The translations under genes and the position numbers were made by a program. A stretch of DNA of 12,795 bases from a bacterium. Lineage in GTDB: Bacteria > Hinthialibacterota > Hinthialibacteria > Hinthialibacterales > Hinthialibacteraceae. Under the pieces are notes generated by a model. It worked only from the letters and a program-made list of their open reading frames with translations. It did not search any database and had not been told where the DNA came from. This document shows, in pieces, positions 6,654-12,795 of the stretch. The stretch is taken from NCBI GenBank assembly GCA_041946805.1, contig JBHGBC010000170.1, positions 1-12,795 on the forward strand. Reading direction: 5' to 3'. The stretch's first letter is position 1. Every line of letters begins with the position of its first letter.

Positions 6654-9600
6654 ATGAGCAAACGCTTGGATATCGACTTGGAATCGGACGCCGGCCGCTC
6701 GTTTGCGGGGCACCTGGTGCGCGCCGCATTCGTGCAGTCCGTCGCCATAGATTCCGGAGCCAACCGGGTGCCGGTGAACCGCGAAATCAGCGCGCCGGTG
6801 GACGCGGAGGGCAAGGCGGTCCTCGAATTTCCCGATGACATCGCCCTCGAGGTCAAAATCCGCCTGCGGGTGCTGTCGCCCGACGGGCAGGTGCTGCGGG
6901 AGGAAGAGGTTTCGCCCGATCTCCTGGGAAGCGGCCAACCGGTGGTCATCAAGGTCAACGCGAAGGAGTATTTCCCGATCGAACCCAATACCGATCCGGC
7001 GTTCGGCAAGCCGGCGCGGATCCGCGGCCTGGTGGTCGATCCCTCGGGCAAGGGCCGGACGGGCGGCCGCCAAGTGGTGATCCGGGCCCGTCCGCTTTCC
7101 CCCGAAGAAGCGGCCTGGCAGGTGGTGGCGGTCGCGCGGACTGACGGGCGGGGGTATTTTTCGGCCGAGTATCCCCTCGGTCATTTCAAGGAAGCCCAGG
7201 GGGAGGTCGACGGCGGCGGCCCCACGCCGGTTCCTCTGAACGACGATGGCGGTTTTCCGGAACGGGTTGTGTTGGGAATGGAACTGGCCGGCGATGAATC
7301 CCCGGAAAAAGAGAAATGCCCTTGTGAAGTGGAAGTCCCGCGCGATCCCGACGCCGAAGACCTGGTGAACGCCTCCGGCACGTTCTCCGCGGACACCGGC
7401 GCGGGCCATTGCGTGGACATCACCAAGCCCAACCGCGTGCTGGAGGAATTCGATTACTACACCGTGGTCCGCACCACCGAACCGGACATCCGGGATTTGA
7501 CCATCAGCGATCCCCCCAAGATCTCCGTGCGCGACGTGATCCGGATTCTCGACCCCAAGATCTATACCCACCTGCTCCGCACGCAGCCCGCCGAGGCCCT
7601 GTTGTCCACCCGGCCGGCGGCCGCCCCGCAAGCGGAGCTTTCCACTTCGGCGGCCCTCACGCGGACCGCGGCGTACCGGCGGGAGCCGGAGATCATCGAT
7701 CCCGCCGATCCCGAGACGTTGGCCGCGCACGCGCTGGTGACCATGAAGCCCGAACTGGAGCACCTCTCCGAAGTGATCGGGCTGACCTCGCTGCGCGTGG
7801 CGGCGAAACCATCCCGCGATCCTTCCCCGGCCCCCCGGCCGGAGGAGGACGGGATCGATCTCGACGCGGTGCGCCTGGACGCCGAACTCGTCAAAACCCT
7901 GGCCCGCGATCCCGACGGCTTTTCTCTGACCCGCCTGGCCCAGGCGGAAATCGCCACCCGCAAGAACGACCTGATCCGCCTGCTTGACCTGATGCGCCGC
8001 CGCGGGGGGCGGAACCGGTTGACCTGTTCCAACCCGGTGGATTGGGACGACGAACCGACCATTTACCAGGCCTGCACCATCGCGCACGGGCATATATTGC
8101 ATTTCAAACAGCAATGGTGCGCCGACGGCTATTCCTTCGGGGATCTGCTCTACAGCCTGCCGCTGGCTCCGTGCCAGAAGAAGCAAATCGCGGTGATCGA
8201 CTGGGACCGGCGCGAAAGCGCGGCGCGGCTCGAATCGCTGGAGGAACAGGAGCAGTTGTCCGCGTTCCTCAGCCGGGACCGCGACATTTCGGAGATCGCC
8301 AACGCCTCCGTGCGCGAGTCGCTCTCCGGCGGTTCCGAGGCCAGCTCCAGTTCTTTCGGGGGCGGCCTGGGGATCGGGGCCATTATCGGGCCGGTGGGCG
8401 GCCTGCTGGGCATCGGGGGAGGCACGTCGGGAGCCAGTTCGTCCGCCTGGCAGAACTCGGCGCGCAATTCGGCGGCCAGTTCGATGCAACAACTCCGCGA
8501 CCACACCGTTCAGGGGGCCTCGGCGGTCCGCAGCCAGCGTTCGACGGTTATCCAAACAGTCCGCCAGGGCGAGACGATGCGGGTGCAGACCGAGGTGGTG
8601 GCCAATCACAATCACTGCCATGCCATCACCATCGAATATTTCGAGGTGCTGCGCCATTTCCTGGTGCGGCATCAACTGGCGGACGTGCAGGAGTGCCTGC
8701 TGGTGCCCTTGCTGATGTCCCGCTTCGATTCGGCCAAGGCGCTGCGCTGGCGGGATCCCTTGAGCCTGTATCTCCGGGACCGCCGTCTGGCGCGGGGCTT
8801 CGACGCCCTGCAGCGGATCACCGACAACTACGTGGGCAGCGACATGCCGGTGGGCGCGTACGCGGAAGAGGAACTGACCTACCTCGACGGCTATTTCCGG
8901 ATCCAATTCCGCATCCAGCGCCCGCGCGACAACGACGACGGGACCTTTCTGGCGGCTTCCTGGGGTTCACTTTCCTGGCTGGGCATCTCGCCGCATGAAT
9001 GGTGGCAAAATTACTTGCACGACCAGCAGGAGCGGGACCGGATATTCGCGGAAGAACTGGGGCCGCGCATCGCCGAGGAGATCACCAACGGCCTGCGGAT
9101 CTACGCCGTGGACGAAAACGACAACGAAACCCGGCTACCCGTCGATCCGACCCTGGTTTCCGATTTTCAAAACGACACGCCCCTGTATGTTTCCTTGCGC
9201 TTGAACGATGCGCTACCCCCGCTGCGCCGCGACCGGATCAAGTTCATCAAGATCGACACCACCATCGACACGAACGCCGGCCCGCAGAATATCGACGCCA
9301 TCCTGCCGGCCGGATCGAAGATCATCGTGCATTCGGGGCAGATGGGCTACCGGACGGAACACATCGCGCACGATCTGTTCAAGCAGTCGCGGATTTTGAA
9401 CGATCTGTCGGGCACGGACGGCGTGTTGATCTACTCGCCCCTCAGCCGCCAGGAACTGCGCCGCCCCCGCCAGGAAGACAAGGAATACGCCACCCGGCTG
9501 CTCAAGCACCTCAACGATTTCATGGAGTACTACCACCGGGCGATCTGGTGGCGGATGGACGCCCAGCGCCGGTACCTGCTGCTGGATGGCTTTATCGCGC

Positions 9601-11474
9601 CCAACAGCGGCGGCCGCAGCGTGGCCTCGGTGGTCGAAAACCGCCTGGTGGGCATCGTCGGCAATTGCCTGGTGATGCCCGTGGCGCGCGGTTTTCATTT
9701 GGATCCGACCTTCCAGCAGGACGAGGACAATCCCATCGACCTGCTGGAGCATTATCAACCCACCACCCTGGTGGCGCCCCTCCGGTTGACCGTGCCCACC
9801 AAGGGCGTGTTCGCCGAGTCGGTCATGGGGGCCTGCAACAGTTGCGAGAAGAAGGAAGAATCGCGCTTCTGGCGGTGGGAAGAGTCGCCGTGCCCCGACG
9901 AGCCCACGCCGATCCAGCCGGTCAGCACCGAATCGCGCCGGGCCGAGCCGCCCTCGCTCACCCCGCAGCCCTTCCCGCAGCCGATCGTGGCGTTCCAAAA
10001 CGTGCCCAACGCGCCCGATCCGCAAGGCTTCGGCGCGCTGACGCAGTTGTTGTCGAATCCCAACCTGTTCCGGGATATCACCGGACTCACGGAGAACCAG
10101 CGCAACGCCCTGGCGGCCCTGCAATCGGCCCTGGGGACGGCGCAGTTCTTCGGCGGCAAGGCGGCCGATCTGGCCTTGCAAGGAAACATGCGCCAAGACA
10201 TCGACAAAGCCCTCGACAAGATCAACGAGCAGCACCAGGCCGGCGCCATCACCGATCAGCAGCGCCAGCAGCTCACCGAGGCGGCGTTGCGCGGCATGAT
10301 CGGCGGCGGCACCCAGGCCCCCGCGCAGCCCATGACCACCGGAGACATCGAACACCTGACCAACACCGCCGGCGCCAACCAGGCGGCGGTGAGCGTCAGC
10401 CGTCCGGGCGGGGAGACGGTCTCGGTGAACGCGCAGCCCACGGACGCGCTGCTGGATCAACTCAACCGAACGCTCATTATCCTGTCGCCCGCCGAAAACG
10501 CGGCCGATTCCCGCGCCTTCTTCCCCTCCCGCCAGGACAAGTCCGGCGTGATCGAACTGGCCGCCACCATCCGCAACGCCCCGGATGGCGCCACGCACCG
10601 CTGGACGCGCCCCAACACCGCCACCCTCAAGGTGGATTCTCCCGGGGCCTTGCGGACCCGGGTCCGGGGAGTGGTCCCCGGCGTGACCCAGCTCGATTTC
10701 GCCGTGCATGACTCGTCCGGAACCAAACTGGCCAGCGTGAAACTGCAACTCAGCGTGCCGCAGTTCGTGACCATCGACGAAGAGGCCGCGGCCTTCGACG
10801 CGGTTCTGACGGCCATGCACCTGGATACGCTCAAGAACGATGTGCTGCAACTGGCCCGGCAGGTGTGCGACCAACTCTTGAGCACCTCCAACGTGCGCAC
10901 GATTTGGCGCGTCGGCCCCTTCACCGAGACCGTGCCCGCGCATATCCCGGCCGCGCATATCACCACCCTGACGCTGCGGGGCGATCCGCCCGCCGGCTCG
11001 CCCGGCATGGCGGGCCGCACGCCGGTGCCGGCGGGCGCGGGCGTGCTCAACGAGGCCATCGATATCTTCCCCGGCGCGTTCGACAATTTCGTTCCGCAGT
11101 CGGATATCAACACCGAAGTGTTGGCGTTGCTGATTCAGATCGAGAGCCAGGGCATGACGCCCGCCCTGCAAACCCTGCTGCTGCAAATCGTGGGACGGCT
11201 GCTGGGCTTGACCATGGCCCATGAGATCATCCACAGCCTGCTGGCCTTCGATATCCCCACCGGCCACAACAATCCGGCGATTCCCGGCGATATCATGAAC
11301 AACGGCTTCGACTTCACTTTCACCGAATGCACGGGATTCGAGGACACGGCCCATCAAAGCCCCGTCGATCCCGCGAACTTCGTCGATCACGGCGTCGGGT
11401 CGATGGCCAAATTGCAAGCCACAAACCAAGGCCTGATGGACGCGCGCTTCCCGGTGCCTCCCGCCTTTGTCTGA
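6654..11474 (+). CDS. Large hypothetical protein (1606 aa): Gly/Ser-rich putative membrane-inserting segment, Cys/His motifs, Ig-like module and C-terminal HExxH metallopeptidase-like domain
   Basis: Uninterrupted 4.8 kb ORF with strongly G/C-biased third codon positions. The start was placed at ATG 6654 (MSKRLDIDL) after GGAGG at 6641-6645, because the track's start at 6543 overlaps the VOC gene. HEIIH is at 11220-11234. Terminator follows. Confidence 0.9.
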   Translation: MSKRLDIDLESDAGRSFAGHLVRAAFVQSVAIDSGANRVPVNREISAPVDAEGKAVLEFPDDIALEVKIRLRVLSPDGQVLREEEVSPDLLGSGQPVVIKVNAKEYFPIEPNTDPAFGKPARIRGLVVDPSGKGRTGGRQVVIRARPLSPEEAAWQVVAVARTDGRGYFSAEYPLGHFKEAQGEVDGGGPTPVPLNDDGGFPERVVLGMELAGDESPEKEKCPCEVEVPRDPDAEDLVNASGTFSADTGAGHCVDITKPNRVLEEFDYYTVVRTTEPDIRDLTISDPPKISVRDVIRILDPKIYTHLLRTQPAEALLSTRPAAAPQAELSTSAALTRTAAYRREPEIIDPADPETLAAHALVTMKPELEHLSEVIGLTSLRVAAKPSRDPSPAPRPEEDGIDLDAVRLDAELVKTLARDPDGFSLTRLAQAEIATRKNDLIRLLDLMRRRGGRNRLTCSNPVDWDDEPTIYQACTIAHGHILHFKQQWCADGYSFGDLLYSLPLAPCQKKQIAVIDWDRRESAARLESLEEQEQLSAFLSRDRDISEIANASVRESLSGGSEASSSSFGGGLGIGAIIGPVGGLLGIGGGTSGASSSAWQNSARNSAASSMQQLRDHTVQGASAVRSQRSTVIQTVRQGETMRVQTEVVANHNHCHAITIEYFEVLRHFLVRHQLADVQECLLVPLLMSRFDSAKALRWRDPLSLYLRDRRLARGFDALQRITDNYVGSDMPVGAYAEEELTYLDGYFRIQFRIQRPRDNDDGTFLAASWGSLSWLGISPHEWWQNYLHDQQERDRIFAEELGPRIAEEITNGLRIYAVDENDNETRLPVDPTLVSDFQNDTPLYVSLRLNDALPPLRRDRIKFIKIDTTIDTNAGPQNIDAILPAGSKIIVHSGQMGYRTEHIAHDLFKQSRILNDLSGTDGVLIYSPLSRQELRRPRQEDKEYATRLLKHLNDFMEYYHRAIWWRMDAQRRYLLLDGFIAPNSGGRSVASVVENRLVGIVGNCLVMPVARGFHLDPTFQQDEDNPIDLLEHYQPTTLVAPLRLTVPTKGVFAESVMGACNSCEKKEESRFWRWEESPCPDEPTPIQPVSTESRRAEPPSLTPQPFPQPIVAFQNVPNAPDPQGFGALTQLLSNPNLFRDITGLTENQRNALAALQSALGTAQFFGGKAADLALQGNMRQDIDKALDKINEQHQAGAITDQQRQQLTEAALRGMIGGGTQAPAQPMTTGDIEHLTNTAGANQAAVSVSRPGGETVSVNAQPTDALLDQLNRTLIILSPAENAADSRAFFPSRQDKSGVIELAATIRNAPDGATHRWTRPNTATLKVDSPGALRTRVRGVVPGVTQLDFAVHDSSGTKLASVKLQLSVPQFVTIDEEAAAFDAVLTAMHLDTLKNDVLQLARQVCDQLLSTSNVRTIWRVGPFTETVPAHIPAAHITTLTLRGDPPAGSPGMAGRTPVPAGAGVLNEAIDIFPGAFDNFVPQSDINTEVLALLIQIESQGMTPALQTLLLQIVGRLLGLTMAHEIIHSLLAFDIPTGHNNPAIPGDIMNNGFDFTFTECTGFEDTAHQSPVDPANFVDHGVGSMAKLQATNQGLMDARFPVPPAFV

Positions 11475-11512
11475 CCGCGCGGCCGGCTTGATCCGGCCCG
11501 GAACGGAATCAC

Positions 11513-11547
11513 CGCGCCCCCGGTTTCCCCCGGGGGCGTGTTTTTTT
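11513..11547 (+). terminator. Rho-independent terminator after the large gene
   Basis: CGCGCCCCCGG-TTTCCC-CCGGGGGCGTG followed by T7 (11541-11547). Confidence 0.85.
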
Positions 11548-11613
11548 GGAGGACTGCGCGGTTTCCTCCGGCCTGGCGGTTTCCGCGGAGTTCCTTCCCG
11601 GCTGGCGCGAACC

Positions 11614-11644
11614 TTGATTTTACGACCCGAATCCTGACTATAAT
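11614..11644 (+). promoter_or_regulatory. Possible promoter for the membrane protein gene
   Basis: Perfect TATAAT at 11639-11644, 37 nt before the ATG. TTGATT at 11614-11619 gives a 19 nt spacer, which is suboptimal. Confidence 0.4.
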
Positions 11645-11681
11645 TTCAAGGATGCCAGTCCCGGACCGGGGGGAGGCCGTT

Positions 11682-12548
11682 ATGCTGCTGTGGTTATTTT
11701 TTTTCACGGTTTTAACCGTTCTGCTGCTGATCTTCCTGATTTTTTACTTTGTCTCCGGCGGCATGGTTTGGTTTCCAGGCTGGCTGGTCGAAATCATGCT
11801 GAGTTTCTACTGGTATTCCGCGATCGGCAAAGTCCTCAAGGACAAGTACTTCGATCCTACCCGGCTCACGCCCATCCCTCCGTTCTATCAGTCCCTGGTG
11901 GTGTATTGCTTTCTCGGCCATGCCGCCGCCGCGTATGCGTTGAGCCTGGGTATTCTGCCATGGCTCACGGATTCCATCCCGCGGCGGATTCTGACCGCCT
12001 ACCTCGGCTCGCTGTTCGTGTTGGTGTACGCGCCGATGGCGGGGGCGGAATTCTGGTATCCCCGCTGGGTCCGGAAACAAGAAGCGGAAGCGGCGGGGGC
12101 GGAGGAGATCGCATCCTTGGCGCTGGCCTGCCCCGCGGCGCGGCGGTTCGCGGAGTTGTTTCCCGGTTGCCGGGTGTATGTCTTCAACAACAAAGTCAAA
12201 AACGCGGAGGCGTCCTGCCTGCTGGCGTACCGCCGGGAACGGACCGAACGGCCGGGCCTGTGGGAGGAGTTCACCCTGGAAATCCCCGTCGCCTGGCGGT
12301 CCCGAAACGCGGCTTGCGAACGAATCCAGCCCGGCTGGTATATTTTTCAAAGCGATGACGATGGCAGCACGGTTATGCACCTCCCCGATCCGGAACGTTG
12401 GGAATCGCACGCTCAACCCCGCCCGCTTGAGGAGGCCTGGCTGGAGCGCTTCGACCGCATGGTGAACCGGTATCCGCCGATGGGGACGATGCCCTTCCGG
12501 CTGGCGGTGCACCCGGTCCCCTGGCGGGAGATGCGTCCCGCCGTGTAA
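11682..12548 (+). CDS. Hypothetical integral membrane protein (288 aa) with about 4 N-terminal TM helices and a soluble C-terminal domain
   Basis: GGAGG at 11672-11676 precedes ATG 11682, while the track's start at 11538 lies inside the terminator. Hydrophobic segments: MLLWLFFFTVLTVLLLIFLIFYFV, MVWFPGWLVEIMLSFYWYSAI, LVVYCFLGHAAAAYALSLGILPWL and ILTAYLGSLFVLVYAPMAG. Confidence 0.8.
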   Translation: MLLWLFFFTVLTVLLLIFLIFYFVSGGMVWFPGWLVEIMLSFYWYSAIGKVLKDKYFDPTRLTPIPPFYQSLVVYCFLGHAAAAYALSLGILPWLTDSIPRRILTAYLGSLFVLVYAPMAGAEFWYPRWVRKQEAEAAGAEEIASLALACPAARRFAELFPGCRVYVFNNKVKNAEASCLLAYRRERTERPGLWEEFTLEIPVAWRSRNAACERIQPGWYIFQSDDDGSTVMHLPDPERWESHAQPRPLEEAWLERFDRMVNRYPPMGTMPFRLAVHPVPWREMRPAV

Positions 12549-12666
12549 CGGCGCCCCGTTTCCAAGGCCGGGGCTTACGTTCCGGGGGAAAATGGATTAA
12601 AAAGAAGGATCAACCGGCAAGCGTGTACCGAATGAGGTAAAATCGATTCCATTCACGCCGGGATGA

Positions 12667-12730
12667 GGGCTGAGGCCAGGGTCCGCCCCGGCTAAAAACC
12701 CTCACCCTATCCCTCTCCCAGAGGGATAGG
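12667..12730 (+). repeat. REP-remnant plus BoxC-like composite repeat, copy 2
   Basis: 12681-12730 aligns without gaps to 2196-2245 with 43/50 identities by manual count. The upstream 14 nt match at 8/14. Confidence 0.75.
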
Positions 12731-12795
12731 GAATATGGGGGTGGTTTTCATCAATCATTTCGAAGAGATGCGAACCGGCGATCTGAAAAAAAGTA

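Noticed and set aside
6336..11429. Long alternative ORFs: 856 aa and 738 aa on the minus strand, 570 aa and 318 aa on the plus strand
   Set aside because: They overlap the large CDS on the opposite strand or in another frame. Their Arg/Gly/Pro/Ala-rich composition is typical of GC-rich shadow ORFs.
12751..12795. Possible 3' end of a minus-strand gene (YFFSDRRFASLRND*)
   Set aside because: Only 14 codons are visible at the window edge, which is not enough to support a call.

Overview
GC-rich bacterial window with six complete CDSs and one CDS truncated at the left edge. In order: (1) the 5' part of a minus-strand secreted Asp-box/sialidase-like protein, absent from the supplied ORF track; (2) a divergent, signal-peptide-bearing GH51 alpha-L-arabinofuranosidase; (3) a ~330 bp spacer packed with several different GTAG-type REP-like palindromes plus a BoxC-like element; (4) an isochorismatase-family cysteine hydrolase; (5) a convergent secreted 634 aa protein built from three ~200 aa repeats in an apparently circularly permuted register, ending in TPVGEWSLY; (6) a VOC/PhnB-like glyoxalase; (7) a 1606 aa protein with no signal peptide, a Ser/Gly-rich putative membrane-inserting hairpin, Cys/His motifs, an Ig-like module and a C-terminal HExxH metallopeptidase-like domain; (8) a multi-pass membrane protein. 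A second copy of the REP+BoxC-like composite lies near the right end. The best candidates for undescribed biology are the 1606 aa core-plus-enzyme-tip protein, the permuted repeat protein and its C-terminal motif, and the REP mosaic. No rRNA, tRNA, CRISPR array or transposase was seen. All family assignments come from motif recognition by eye, not from database searches.
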